64,000 nt of DNA from Thermoproteota archaeon (GTDB lineage: Archaea; Korarchaeota; Korarchaeia; Korarchaeales; Korarchaeaceae). The stretch lies in the NCBI GenBank assembly GCA_027492205.1, contig JAOZFN010000008.1, forward strand, positions 1-64,000, given 5' to 3'. A program made the position numbers and the translations under genes. This document shows, piece by piece, positions 19,007-29,191 of the stretch (positions within the stretch are counted from its first letter, which is position 1; the number at the start of each line of letters is the position of its first letter). The notes under the pieces were generated by a model. The model did not search any database and was not told the origin of the DNA. It saw nothing but the letters and a program-made list of their open reading frames with translations.

Positions 19007-19444
19007 ACTATTCTGGCCTCGGCTCTGAATATATCATCCTAACAGAACCTTTAGCATGGACCTCTCGGCTCAACCTATCGGAGTGAGCGTCGTCAAGGTT
19101 TGCAGGAGGGGGTGTTCGCCGGACCCTCCACCTCGCAGTGTATGTCCAGGGGAACGCCCTCGAGGGGAGCTTCCTGGAGCGCGCCGCCTCGTCGCGCTGC
19201 TGACCCACCTGCCGATCGTGGTCAGCCGCAGGAGGACCAAGGGTGAGCCTTCTCAGCCTCCGACCCACGCGGACGTGGGAGGGTCGTCTCGCGTGGTCGG
19301 GCCTGATCTCCGCCCACTCCTCCACCTTTTTCGGTGCTGAGCGGGCGCCGCCCACTGAATTGAATTAGGGTTACCCTGGGAATGTGCGCATCCGCGACCT
19401 GGCCGTCGATGGTCGGCCCCGCCCTACCCGGCCGGGCCCGGGGG

Positions 19445-19918
19445 TCACCACACGACCTCCACGCCGAGGCTCTTGGCCACGTAGGATAGGTCGGCGTCTC
19501 CAGTCAGGATGGGCGCACCCTCCGCCTGGGCGGCGCGTATGACCGTGGCGTCCGTCAGGCTCAGCCTCCTGGCCGCCAGCTCCCGGTCGCCGGAGGAGGC
19601 CAAGATCCCGTCGCCCCTCTCCTTTATCTCCGCGGCCGCCAGGTAGTCCTCGAGCGTCACCTCCAGCACCCTGAAGTAGGCTGAGAAGAAGGCCCGTACC
19701 TCTCCCATGCTGCCGAGCCCGGGCACCCTGCCCCTGAGCCAGTGGACGGCGAACTCGTAGGGCACTGTCGGTGGGACGAGCCCCTCGAACTCGCCCTCCC
19801 TGATCCCGCGGAGCACACGCTCCGCCCTCGGGGGCAGCTCCCCGAAGACCATGGCCATGAGGGCGTAGGTGTCCACGACAACCCTGTCTCTGCCCGCCCT
19901 ACTCCCTCTTCCACTCAC
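19445..19918 (-). CDS. vapC: VapC/PIN toxin
   Basis: VVDTYA, E, LSLTDA and LTGDADL acidic PIN motifs. Confidence 0.85.
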   Translation of the reverse strand: MSGRGSRAGRDRVVVDTYALMAMVFGELPPRAERVLRGIREGEFEGLVPPTVPYEFAVHWLRGRVPGLGSMGEVRAFFSAYFRVLEVTLEDYLAAAEIKERGDGILASSGDRELAARRLSLTDATVIRAAQAEGAPILTGDADLSYVAKSLGVEVVW

Positions 19919-20156
19919 GGGCCCTCACCCGAGCTCTCTCGGCCTCCTCCTCGTCGAGTTCCCTCTCGGCCCCCTCAGCCGTTCCCAACCCGGCGCCGGA
20001 GCCCCAGACCTTCTCCCATAGGTCGAGGGGGGACATCACGATCTTCCCCTCCTTCACCTCGACCAGCAGGAGCATACCCTCCCTGATCCCGGCGCTCTCC
20101 CTGACTGCCTTCGGGAGGGCCACTATGCCCTTCCGGTACACCCTGACCACGCTCAT
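19899..20156 (-). CDS. vapB: AbrB/MazE-type antitoxin
   Basis: VRVYRKGIVALPKAVRESAGIREG; overlaps the PIN gene. Confidence 0.85.
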   Translation of the reverse strand: MSVVRVYRKGIVALPKAVRESAGIREGMLLLVEVKEGKIVMSPLDLWEKVWGSGAGLGTAEGAERELDEEEAERARVRAREWKRE

Positions 20157-20160
20157 CTCG

Positions 20161-20180
20161 GTTAAACCATATTGTTTAAC
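20161..20180. promoter_or_regulatory. Putative vapBC operator GTTAAAC-N6-GTTTAAC
   Basis: Perfect 7-bp inverted repeat immediately upstream of the antitoxin ATG. Confidence 0.6.
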
Positions 20181-20265
20181 TAATATAGCTAACCAAGGAG
20201 GCGGGGCCTGGCGTCGCGAAACGGAACTTTCACGAAGCGCCGACAGCCCCCCTGGGAACAAAGCA

Positions 20266-20287
20266 CTATATACGTATCACTGATACG
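20266..20287 (+). promoter_or_regulatory. TATA box plus putative PadR operator CGTATCA-C-TGATACG
   Basis: Perfect inverted repeat at 20273-20287 between TATATA and ATG 20300. Confidence 0.6.
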
Positions 20288-20299
20288 CCTACCGCTGAT

Positions 20300-20677
20300 A
20301 TGAACGGGTGCCGAGGCCACTGCCGGTCAGGCCCTCCGGGCCTGATACCGCTCCTGATACTCAGGCTGGCGTATGAGGGGCCGGTTCACGGCTACCAGAT
20401 TATCGAGAGGGTGAGAGAGATGACGTCTGGCGACTACGCCCCGGAGACCGGCGTCGTCTACACCGCGCTGAGGAGGATGGAGAGGAGGGGCCTCCTGACC
20501 TCTCGGTGGGTGGAGGGGGCGGCGGGAGGCGACAAGCGAGTCTACGAGATAACGGAAGAGGGAGTCGAGACGCTCAAGGGGGGTTTAGAGGCCCTCTCGG
20601 CGAGGAGGAGACTCTTCGAGGAGCTGTTCGAGTTCTACGAGAAGACGTGGGGTGGTGGGAGTGGAGAAGGCAATTGA
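20300..20677 (+). CDS. PadR family transcriptional regulator
   Basis: HGYQII, GVVYTALRRMERRGLL and KRVYEITEEG motifs. Confidence 0.9.
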   Translation: MNGCRGHCRSGPPGLIPLLILRLAYEGPVHGYQIIERVREMTSGDYAPETGVVYTALRRMERRGLLTSRWVEGAAGGDKRVYEITEEGVETLKGGLEALSARRRLFEELFEFYEKTWGGGSGEGN

Positions 20678-21587
20678 GGCGGAGGGGCTGACCAAGTACT
20701 ACGGCCCCCTGCTGGCGGTGGATCACGTGTCCTTCTCCGTGGAGAGGGGAGAGATCTTCGGCTTCCTCGGGCCAAACGGGGCCGGAAAGACCACGACCGT
20801 GAGGATGCTGACGGGCCTCACCGACCCGACCTCCGGGACCGCCAGGGTGGCCGGGCACGACGTGGTCAGGGAGCACAGGGCTGCGAAGATGGTCATCGGG
20901 CTGGTGCCCGAGGGCTCCAACGTCTATGCGGAGCTGTCCGTGTGGGACAACGTGATGTTCTCCGGAGAGATCCACGGCGTTCCCAGGGAGGAGAGGAAAA
21001 GGAGAGCGAAGGAGATCTTGGAGATGTTTGAACTCTACGGCAGGAGGAAGCAAAAGGCCGGAAAGCTATCGAAGGGATTGAAGAGGAGGCTGTCAATAGC
21101 GATGGCTCTGGTGCACGACCCGGAGGTGCTCTTCCTGGACGAGCCGACCTCAGGGCTCGACGTCCAGGCGGCCAGGCTTGTGAAGCGGATCGTGAGGGAG
21201 CTGAACGACAACGGCACAACGATCTTCCTCACCACGCACAACATGGACGAGGCCAACACGCTCTGCCACAGGGTCGCCGTGATAAACCGGGGCAGGATAG
21301 CAGCCATAGATACGCCGGAGAGGCTGAAGATGATAGTCGAGAAGACCCACTCGGTCGTGGTGTCCTTCTCTTCTCGCCCGTCCTGGTTGAGGCGGAGGCT
21401 CGAAGGGCTGCCGTCCGTTGAGGGGGTGCTTGAGGAGGGAGACAAGTTCAGGCTCTACACAGGAGACCCTCCCACCGTCCTGGAGGCGGTGTTCGAGCTG
21501 GCCAGGGCAGAGGGACTGAGGATCCTGAGTCTGAACACCTCGGGCCCGACCCTGGAGGACGTGTTCGTCAGGCTCACGGGGGGATGA
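20652..21587 (+). CDS. Multidrug-type ABC ATP-binding protein (DrrA-like)
   Basis: GPNGAGKT, LSKG, LDEPTSGLD and C-terminal PTLEDVF. Confidence 0.92.
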   Translation: MVGVEKAIEAEGLTKYYGPLLAVDHVSFSVERGEIFGFLGPNGAGKTTTVRMLTGLTDPTSGTARVAGHDVVREHRAAKMVIGLVPEGSNVYAELSVWDNVMFSGEIHGVPREERKRRAKEILEMFELYGRRKQKAGKLSKGLKRRLSIAMALVHDPEVLFLDEPTSGLDVQAARLVKRIVRELNDNGTTIFLTTHNMDEANTLCHRVAVINRGRIAAIDTPERLKMIVEKTHSVVVSFSSRPSWLRRRLEGLPSVEGVLEEGDKFRLYTGDPPTVLEAVFELARAEGLRILSLNTSGPTLEDVFVRLTGG

Positions 21588-22483
21588 ACATGCCTGTGGG
21601 TGGGAGCCACGTTCGCCTGGACTTCATGGCCGCCTGGGCCATAGCCAAGAAGGACCTCAAGAGCTACTACGCCAGGCCGGGGGCGGTGATGTTCGGGATC
21701 ATGTTCCCGCTCTTCATGTTCCTCTCCTTCATCGTGGGGAGGAACATCCCGGTGGAGCAGGCCCTGCCCGGCCTGACGTCAATGGTGGTGATGTTCAGCG
21801 CCTCCTCTATAGGGCCCTTCTCCATACCGCTGGAGAGGAGGCTCAAGACGTTCGACAGGCTCCTCTCGGCCCCCATATCCTTTCACGCCATACTGGCCGG
21901 GAAGGTGTTCGCTGGCGCGCTCTACGGGCTGGCGGTCGGGGCCGTCCCGGTGGCGGTCGGGACGCTGGCGCTCGGCGCCGAGGTCCCGAGCCCTGGCCTC
22001 CTCATCCTCGACCTGGCGGTGTCCTCGGCGTGCTTTGCCGCCATGGGGGTCATGTTCGCGTCCTTTCCGACGGAGAACCCGGGGAACGTAACCATCGCCA
22101 TGAACTTTGTCAGGCTCCCGATGCTCTTCGTGAGCGGGGTCTTCGTTCCGCTCAGCGGGGCGTCCCTGGCCGTGCGGCTTGCCTCGCTGGTCTCACCCCT
22201 GACTTACTCAAACGACCTGGCCAGGGTCTCGTACGGCGTTGGAGGGATGATGAGCGCGGTCCTCGACGTCGCGGGTCTTCTGGCGTTCGCGGCCGTCTTC
22301 GTGGCCTTGGGGGCCGTCCTGCACCGCAGGCTGAGGGAGTGGGCCGAGGCTTCCGGGGCGTTGCGGCCGGTAGGTCCTCTCTCGCCTCCCTCACGTCCCC
22401 CGGGCCTGAAACCAGACGCTAACCTGCAGCGTCGACCTCGCCGGTCAGGTGCCGGGCAGTACGGCTCGCGCGGCGCTCCGTGA
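21584..22483 (+). CDS. ABC-2 permease
   Basis: Six TMs; ERRLKTFDRLLSAP, SGVFVP and SPLTY motifs. Confidence 0.85.
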   Translation: MNMPVGGSHVRLDFMAAWAIAKKDLKSYYARPGAVMFGIMFPLFMFLSFIVGRNIPVEQALPGLTSMVVMFSASSIGPFSIPLERRLKTFDRLLSAPISFHAILAGKVFAGALYGLAVGAVPVAVGTLALGAEVPSPGLLILDLAVSSACFAAMGVMFASFPTENPGNVTIAMNFVRLPMLFVSGVFVPLSGASLAVRLASLVSPLTYSNDLARVSYGVGGMMSAVLDVAGLLAFAAVFVALGAVLHRRLREWAEASGALRPVGPLSPPSRPPGLKPDANLQRRPRRSGAGQYGSRGAP

Positions 22484-22729
22484 CGCCGATCCCGCCGCGC
22501 CCTTGCCTCCACCGGCGCCTCCGGGGGGATCGAGAGAGCGCGGACTCCGGGAGGGGGGGATCGGAGAGCCTGAGGCGCGGCGCCGCTGGCCCCGAGCTGG
22601 GATAATCGGCCAGCCTGGACGATCCGGCCATTTCACCCACGTTCCAGCGTGATCCGTTAAACGAGGCCTGCCTCGGCTGAGCAGGTGCCCTCCGGATGAG
22701 CCGAAAGGGGATCATCGCCGCGCGAGGGA

Positions 22730-22750
22730 CTCATCGGCGGCGCCGATGAG
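22730..22750. repeat. Perfect palindrome CTCATCGGCG-G-CGCCGATGAG
   Basis: 10-bp arms in the gap between convergent genes. Confidence 0.6.
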
Positions 22751-22988
22751 GACGAGCCAACCCACGCGCTCGACCTGGCGATCGACTCGGGAGGAAAGAC
22801 TCTGTATGAGGCGCAGCTCGCCGACATATGCCTATACTCGAGCCTGGTTATGCTAGTGAATGCTATTTGTCGCGACGTGGGTGATCTGCAGGAGAGGATG
22901 CTGAAGCGGAGTTTTACGAGCAGTACGCTCCCCAGAACAGACCCTTAGGGACCCGGTTCCACCCGGCCAGGAGGACCCGTGCTCAACC

Positions 22989-23801
22989 TCAGGATATTGC
23001 GCCCTTCGCCGTTGTGCGGAGCATGTCTCTTGGAAGCCTCCCTGCGGCGACCAGCACGAGGATGGCGATGGGCGAGTCCGCCAGGGCGTGGCCGATCCAG
23101 GGGGCCACGATGCTGTTCCCGGTCAGGTAGAACGCCGAGCCCAGTATCACGCCACCTGAGAACCCCAGGAGGAAGTAGCCGAGGGCCGGCGCTCTGTCAC
23201 ACGACAGCGCGGCCGGCACCCCGTGGGCCAGGCCGAAGACCGCCGACTGGATCAGAATCGCCGCCAGGGGGCCAACCGCCCCCTGGAGCCGCCCCTGGAG
23301 GAGGCCCCTGAAGACCACCTCCTCGGCAGGAGCCAGCAGCGTTAGGGAGTAGGCCGCCTGCGCGACCCAGTTCCACGGAGGTCGGAGGCCCCTGAGCAGC
23401 GTCCAGCTCACAGACCCAGGTCTCTCCACAGCCCTGGCCAGCAGGCCGGAGAACGCCGCGTCTATCAGTAGGAATGCGACAATCGTCGGCGCGAAGGTCA
23501 GCGCCCCCACGCAGGCGTCCCTAAGGAGGTGGTCTGCTGTGAATCCGAGGGGGCGCAGGCCCCCCTCTCGAACCCCGTAGTAGAGGATCGCGCCTGCCAT
23601 TACGGGCAGCGCGACGGGGACGGAGATCTCCTCGTCCCCAGCGAGTCTTTTCAGGATGAGTGAGAAGGCGACGCCCGCAACCATCAGGAGGACAGACGCG
23701 AGGGCGTAGCGCCAAGCCGGAGGTGGCATGAAGGACCCTCCTGGGCCAGACCCCTCCAGCTCGGCTGGATCGCTAAAAATGAGGGGGTCGATGGGGCCCA
23801 A
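22989..23801 (-). CDS. CPBP (CAAX/Abi) intramembrane glutamic endopeptidase
   Basis: EEVVFRG, FGLAH and late H motif. Confidence 0.85.
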   Translation of the reverse strand: MGPIDPLIFSDPAELEGSGPGGSFMPPPAWRYALASVLLMVAGVAFSLILKRLAGDEEISVPVALPVMAGAILYYGVREGGLRPLGFTADHLLRDACVGALTFAPTIVAFLLIDAAFSGLLARAVERPGSVSWTLLRGLRPPWNWVAQAAYSLTLLAPAEEVVFRGLLQGRLQGAVGPLAAILIQSAVFGLAHGVPAALSCDRAPALGYFLLGFSGGVILGSAFYLTGNSIVAPWIGHALADSPIAILVLVAAGRLPRDMLRTTAKGAIS

Positions 23802-23852
23802 CGCACGATGGAAAATTGTGTCCGCCGAGGGAGGGAGGCTGGCGGTCGCCCC

Positions 23853-24179
23853 TCAGGCCCTCCCCCTCGTCGAGTAGATTAGGACGGCCACGGCCGCGAC
23901 GGCAGCCAGGACTCCAGAGAGAGCCGCAGCGAGAGGGAATTCCAGCTCTGGGCTGGCCGAGGCCGGTGAGATCGACGCGAGAGAGACGCCCACCAGAAGG
24001 GTGAAGAGAACAACGACTCTCCTAAAGAAGGAAAGCAAAGGACCTCCTAGAGGCTGTTCGTTTTTCCCTTCACGATTCTCGCTAAGCGTTGCCGCAACCC
24101 ACGTTCCAGATCTACGACTTCCACCGCGAGGGCGACCCCCCCAACTGATCTTCTCCATCATTGAGGGAGATTCACGCAA
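23853..24179 (-). CDS. Possible small membrane protein or remnant; start uncertain
   Basis: C-terminal 60 aa look like a signal peptide plus TM helix. Confidence 0.3.
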   Translation of the reverse strand: MRESPSMMEKISWGGRPRGGSRRSGTWVAATLSENREGKNEQPLGGPLLSFFRRVVVLFTLLVGVSLASISPASASPELEFPLAAALSGVLAAVAAVAVLIYSTRGRA

Positions 24180-24263
24180 GAGCTTGGCCCCCTATCCCTA
24201 AGTCCATCGGCAATGGGGCTCCTGATCCAGAGAGGGAAGAGGCGGCCCCCGCGCTCTCCCCAC

Positions 24264-26642
24264 CTATGGTCGATACCTGGCGAGGGTGAGGGACCACCCG
24301 GTCACGGAGATGGAGCTCATGGCCATCGCAAGGCCCGCGTAGACGGGATATAGGATGCCCGAGGCCGCAAGGGGTATCAGCACGACGTTGTACGCGAACG
24401 CCCACGCCAGGTTCTGCCTTATCTGCCTGACGACCCTCCGCCCGATCTTAAGCGCCGCGGCCACATCCCTCGGGTCGTCCCTGATGAGGATCACGTCCCC
24501 GGCCTCGACCGCCACGTCGGTCCCGCCGCCTATGGCCACCCCCAGGTCGGCCCTGGAGAGCGCCGGGGCGTCGTTGAACCCGTCCCCCACCATCGCGACC
24601 GCGCATCCCTCCTCCTGCAGCTCGGCGATCGCTTCCACCTTTCCCTCGGGAGTCACCTCCGCCCTGAACTCGTCGATCCCCAGCTCTTCGGCGATCGCCC
24701 TCGCCGTGGCCTCCGAGTCGCCCGTCAGCATGATCACCCTCAGGCCCATGGCCTTCAGCTCCTCGACGGACTCCCTCGCGCCCCGCTTGGGCTCGTCCCT
24801 GAGGCCAAGGATTCCAGCCAGCTCCCCGTCCACCCCCACGGCGACCACGGTCTCCCCCCGCGAACGCATTGCTTCCACCGCGGCCTCGGTCGAATCGTCG
24901 AGTTCAACCTCCCGGCCGACCATGCTCACGCTCCCCACCACCACCCTTCGCCCGCGTACGGTGGCCCTCACCCCGGCCCCGGGCACCACGGTCAAATCCT
25001 CCGGCTCCCCCACCTCCAGCCCCAGGTCGACCGCCCTCCTGACTATGGCCTCCGCGAGGGGGTGAGGGCTCAGGTATTCCGCGGCCGCGGCCAGGGTCAG
25101 CACCTCCCCCTCGGACCACCCCGGCGCCGTCCACGCCTCCACGACCCTGGGCCTGCCCTCGGTGAGGGTGCCCGTCTTGTCGAGGACGACGCAGCTCACC
25201 CTGCTGGCCACCTCCACAGCCTCGGCCCGCCTGAACAGGACGCCGAGGCTGGCGGCCCTCCCGATGCCGACCGCTGTGGCGGTCGGCGTGGCCAGGCCCA
25301 GGGCGCAGGGGCAGGCCACAACGAGGACGGAGACCGCGTTGATCACCGCGCGCCCGAGGTCGGCCCCGACGGCCAGCCACCCCGCCAGCGTGACCCCGGC
25401 CACCCCCATCACCGCGTAGGCGAAGAGGCCCGCTATCCTGTCCACGGTCCTCTGGATTGCTGGCTTTCTTTCAAGGGCCTCCTCGACCAGCGCGGCCACT
25501 CGGCCCACAAACGCCTCCTCCCCCACCCTAGTGGCCCTGACCCTCAGGGGGGACTCCAGGACTATGGAGCCCCCCACGACCTCGTCGCCCGGTCCCTTGG
25601 ACACCGGAGTAGACTCGCCGGTCAGCAGGGATTCGTCCACCCAGGACGAGCCCCCGACCACCACGCCGTCTACGGGGACCCTCTCTCCGGGGGCAACGAG
25701 GACGATGTCCCCAGCCCTCACCGCCGCGGTCGGGATCTTGATTACCTCCCCGCCCCTTATCACCCTGGCGGTCTTCGGCTGGGCCTCCAGGATCTTCCTA
25801 ATGGCGGCCGAGGTCCTACCCCGCATCCTCTCCTCCAAGTACTTCCCCACGAGCACGAAGGCTATCACGGCTGCTGACGAGTCGTAGTAGATGTACCTCC
25901 AGTCAGGGACTGGGAACGTGTGCCAGACGCTCAGCAGGTAAGCCGACGTTGTTCCTAGGGAGACGAGCGTGTCCATGTTAGCCGTACCGGCCCTGGCAGC
26001 CCTGATCGCCCCCTGATAGAATCTCCTCCCGATGCCCAGCTGAACAGCCGTCGCGAGCGCGAAGAGCAGGTAGGCGGAGTCCGGGGTCCCGCCTAGCGGC
26101 ATCATCCCGGAGATGATGTGGTTGTTGCACAGCATGATGGGTATGGCGAGCGCGAGACCCAACAGGGCCATCGCCCTCAGACCACTCTCGGGGCCCTCAG
26201 AGGGCTCCGTCACTTCCTCCGTCACCCTCAGGCCCAGATCGGTTATCACGCGGATGACGTCCCGCTCGGAGGAGAACCCCGGCAGGTACTCCACGGTCAC
26301 CAAGCCCGTAGCGGCGTCCACCGACGCCCGCCTCACTCCCTCGAGCTTGGACAACTCTACCTCTAGCTTTGCTGCCAGGGTTGGATCCACGGCCTCTCGA
26401 AGCCTCAACCTTACCTTCTCACGCTCCACTCCGTAACCCAGGCGGCGGATGGCCCTCTCCAGCTCGTCCGCCGAGAGGCGTCTGGGCTCTGCTATCACGA
26501 GCGCCTTGCCGGACGCGAAGCTCACGTTTGCCTCCATCACTCCGTCAAGGGACCTTAACTCTCGCTCGATTGCCAGGGCGCAGTTCTGACAGTGCATGCC
26601 CGATATTTTGATCGAGATAGCCCGGGGCCTCCCTTCCGTCAA
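24264..26642 (-). CDS. copA: Copper-translocating P1B-type ATPase
   Basis: GMHCQNC HMA domain, TGE, CPC, DKTGT, HP, GDGFND and YN...MxxSS motifs. Confidence 0.93.
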   Translation of the reverse strand: MTEGRPRAISIKISGMHCQNCALAIERELRSLDGVMEANVSFASGKALVIAEPRRLSADELERAIRRLGYGVEREKVRLRLREAVDPTLAAKLEVELSKLEGVRRASVDAATGLVTVEYLPGFSSERDVIRVITDLGLRVTEEVTEPSEGPESGLRAMALLGLALAIPIMLCNNHIISGMMPLGGTPDSAYLLFALATAVQLGIGRRFYQGAIRAARAGTANMDTLVSLGTTSAYLLSVWHTFPVPDWRYIYYDSSAAVIAFVLVGKYLEERMRGRTSAAIRKILEAQPKTARVIRGGEVIKIPTAAVRAGDIVLVAPGERVPVDGVVVGGSSWVDESLLTGESTPVSKGPGDEVVGGSIVLESPLRVRATRVGEEAFVGRVAALVEEALERKPAIQRTVDRIAGLFAYAVMGVAGVTLAGWLAVGADLGRAVINAVSVLVVACPCALGLATPTATAVGIGRAASLGVLFRRAEAVEVASRVSCVVLDKTGTLTEGRPRVVEAWTAPGWSEGEVLTLAAAAEYLSPHPLAEAIVRRAVDLGLEVGEPEDLTVVPGAGVRATVRGRRVVVGSVSMVGREVELDDSTEAAVEAMRSRGETVVAVGVDGELAGILGLRDEPKRGARESVEELKAMGLRVIMLTGDSEATARAIAEELGIDEFRAEVTPEGKVEAIAELQEEGCAVAMVGDGFNDAPALSRADLGVAIGGGTDVAVEAGDVILIRDDPRDVAAALKIGRRVVRQIRQNLAWAFAYNVVLIPLAASGILYPVYAGLAMAMSSISVTGWSLTLARYRP

Positions 26643-26660
26643 GAGTTATCACCCGCCGAT

Positions 26661-26801
26661 TCAGCGAACATACCTGCTTGGTTCCCTCAAGAACCTGGCC
26701 AGGCAGTGCTTGCAACAGAAGTAGTAAACCCGTCCTGCATACTCAGCTCTCCACACAGTCTTTTCAGAGACCTCAGCACCGCACACGGGATCAGTCGGCA
26801 T
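26661..26801 (-). CDS. Small YHS/TRASH metallochaperone (CopM-like), 46 aa
   Basis: Manual translation: MPTDPVCGAEVSEKTVWRAEYAGRVYYFCCKHCLARFLREPSRYVR; directly upstream of copA. Confidence 0.88.
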   Translation of the reverse strand: MPTDPVCGAEVSEKTVWRAEYAGRVYYFCCKHCLARFLREPSRYVR

Positions 26802-26828
26802 GCCTCTCACCAAGTTAATCGCCTATAG

Positions 26829-26856
26829 ATCTATTATAAATATATTGAGAATAGAT
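26829..26856. promoter_or_regulatory. Inverted repeat ATCTATT-N14-AATAGAT enclosing the TATA region of the cop/moeB divergent promoter
   Basis: Perfect 7-bp arms around ATAAATATA. Confidence 0.5.
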
Positions 26857-26900
26857 TCACATCCGTTAACGCGCATTATATTGGGTCAGGGGGCTGTAGG

Positions 26901-27941
26901 GTGATCTCTGGATTGCTGTCCCATGACCGGCTGCTAGATAGGTACTCGAGACAGATTGCGCTCAAAGTAGTAGGGGTCGAGGGTCAGAGAAGGCTGGCCA
27001 GATCGTCCGTTGCGGTGATCGGGTGCGGGGCTCTTGGGACTGCCGTGGCGGAACTCCTCGCGAGGGCTGGAGTGGGAAGGCTCAAGTTGGTGGACAGAGA
27101 CATAGTGGAGATCAGCAACCTGCACAGGCAGCTGCTGTACGACGAGCGACACGCAATTCAGGGGGCCCCCAAGGCCCTGGCGTGCGCGGAGAAGATTTCC
27201 GAGATAAACTCAGAGGTCGAGGTCGAGCCTGTGGTCGCCGACGTCAGCCACAGGAACGTCTTGAACCTGATATCGGACGTCGACCTGGTGATCGACGGGA
27301 CGGACAACTTTGAGACGAGGTTCCTGCTCAACGACGCCGCCCTCAGCGTCGGAGTGCCATGGGTCTACGGGGCTGCGCTCGAGACCTATGGGGTGGTCAT
27401 GCCCATCCTCCCGGGGAGGTCCGCCTGCCTGAGGGACCTCATCCCAAATCCGCCTCGCCCCGGCGCCCTCCCAACGTGCGAGCTGGTGGGGGTGCTGAAC
27501 GCTGCGGCCGTGACCGTGGCTAGCCTCCAAGTGGCCTCCGCTATCAAGCTGCTCCTCGGAGATGAGGAGGGCGCGGGGGTGGCCACGTACGTCGATGTGT
27601 GGAGACACTCGCTCGAGAGGGTGAGGGTGGAGAGGAGTGAAGACTGCCCGGCCTGCGTCCGGGGGAGGTACGAGTTCCTAGAGGGGAAGATGTCCCGCGA
27701 TGTGGTGCTGTGCGGGAGGAACGCGGTCCAGATATCTCCAGCCCGAGACGTGGCTCTGGACCTCGAGGAGCTGGCCAACAGGCTCAGGAGGACGGCAGAG
27801 GTTAGGGAGACGCCCCACGTTCTATTTGTCAGGGCCGAGGGCCTCGAGCTTGCGATCTTCAGGGACGGGAGGGCGATCGTGAAGGGGACCTCTGACCCGG
27901 CCCGGGCCAGATCCGCGTATGCCAGATACGTGGGTCTGTGA
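26901..27941 (+). CDS. moeB: MoeB/ThiF family adenylyltransferase
   Basis: RYSRQ, GCGALG, DRD, SNLHRQ, DGTDN and CPAC motifs. Confidence 0.85.
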   Translation: MISGLLSHDRLLDRYSRQIALKVVGVEGQRRLARSSVAVIGCGALGTAVAELLARAGVGRLKLVDRDIVEISNLHRQLLYDERHAIQGAPKALACAEKISEINSEVEVEPVVADVSHRNVLNLISDVDLVIDGTDNFETRFLLNDAALSVGVPWVYGAALETYGVVMPILPGRSACLRDLIPNPPRPGALPTCELVGVLNAAAVTVASLQVASAIKLLLGDEEGAGVATYVDVWRHSLERVRVERSEDCPACVRGRYEFLEGKMSRDVVLCGRNAVQISPARDVALDLEELANRLRRTAEVRETPHVLFVRAEGLELAIFRDGRAIVKGTSDPARARSAYARYVGL

Positions 27942-28157
27942 GTCTAAGACGCCCTTCGGGACGTCGGAGCAGGAGGACATCAGAGCGAGTTGCCCACGGT
28001 TGAGTTCGATCTGGGGGGTTTTGGTGATACAGCTCTCCCGAAACGCGACGGAGCCGAGAAAGGAGGCCGCACAAGTGAGGGGACGAGAGTGGGCCCTAAA
28101 ACCTGTGGCGCGCGACTTTTAGGGGATCGCCCCTGGGGAGGTGTGGGTAGGGTCCCC

Positions 28158-28543
28158 GTGAGGCGGGAATCCGAGGCTCTGTGGGAGCAGGCTCTGGAGG
28201 ATCTGGAGACCGCCAGGGTGCTCCTGAAGGGGGCCGCTACTATGCGGCCGCGTTCTTCTCCCATCAGGCGGCGGAGAAGGCCCTGAAGGCGACGTACATC
28301 GAGGTGAAGAGGCAAATCCCCCCCAGGACGCACAATCTCGTCGAGCTTGGGAGGCTGCTTGGGCTGGATGACGTGATGGAAGATCTCATGGAGCTGAACC
28401 CCGAGTACACCATCTCCAGGTATCCGGACGCGGCTAACGGGGTCCCTGCGAGGATGTACAGCGAGTCGATCGCGGGGGGGCACCTGAGGCGCGCCGAGCG
28501 GGTGGTGAAGAGGTGCGGAGAGCTGCTGGGGGTGACCTCCTGA
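28158..28543 (+). pseudogene. HEPN domain protein with frameshift in a G5 run (28229-28233)
   Basis: WEQALEDLETA in one frame; YYAAAFFSHQAAEKALKA, THNL and SRYPD in the next. Confidence 0.75.
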
Positions 28544-28845
28544 GGAGGGCCTTGGAGGCCATACGCTCTTGGGACCCGGAGGCCAGGGTCATACTCTTTG
28601 GCAGCAGGGCGAGGGGAGATCACCTCCTTGACTCGGACTACGACCTGATAGTGGTATCCCCCAGATTTCAGGGAATGCCCTTCTCGAGGAGGGCCGCGGT
28701 GATCCTGAAGGAGCTGTACAGGAGGGGTGTGTACGGGGACTTCGAGCTGCTGTGCTACACGCCAGAGGAGCTGAGGAGAAAGGCCCGCGAGATCGGGGTG
28801 GTAGCCGTCGCGCTCGAGGAGGGGGTCGAGATAGGCGAGGGCTGA
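28513..28845 (+). CDS. Minimal nucleotidyltransferase (MNT) antitoxin
   Basis: LFGSRARG and DSDYDL motifs; paired with HEPN. Confidence 0.88.
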   Translation: MRRAAGGDLLRRALEAIRSWDPEARVILFGSRARGDHLLDSDYDLIVVSPRFQGMPFSRRAAVILKELYRRGVYGDFELLCYTPEELRRKAREIGVVAVALEEGVEIGEG

Positions 28846-29191
28846 GAGCAATGGGCCAGAGATGGGATCGGCCGGGGTTCGGTGGTGACGCGACTGAGTA
28901 CGCTTCAACTAGGATGCCACGCCCCACCCCCGCGGCGGGAGCTGGCGCGCCTGCACACTCCGCCCTAGCAAGCGGAACTCAGGGCGACGCGAGGTGGTCC
29001 TCTCTGCCGCTGACGTCGTCGCAGCAGGTTCAAGGGGGCCTTGGGACTTAGGAAGGAGCCCTGAGGAGCTGGGTGATGGGAGGCCCGAATCGACCCGGAT
29101 GGCCTCAGCGTCGGGGACGAAGGCGGCGCCCCAACCACCTCTGACTCGAGGTCTTTAACAGGTGCCACCCCCAAGGGGCGCGGTGCCCGTC

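Noticed and set aside
19008-19440. Short ORFs between the MBL hydrolase and vapC
   Set aside because: No recognisable motifs or coding-like codon bias
29071-29145. Possible C/D box sRNA
   Set aside because: Box C is degenerate and the spacing is too long
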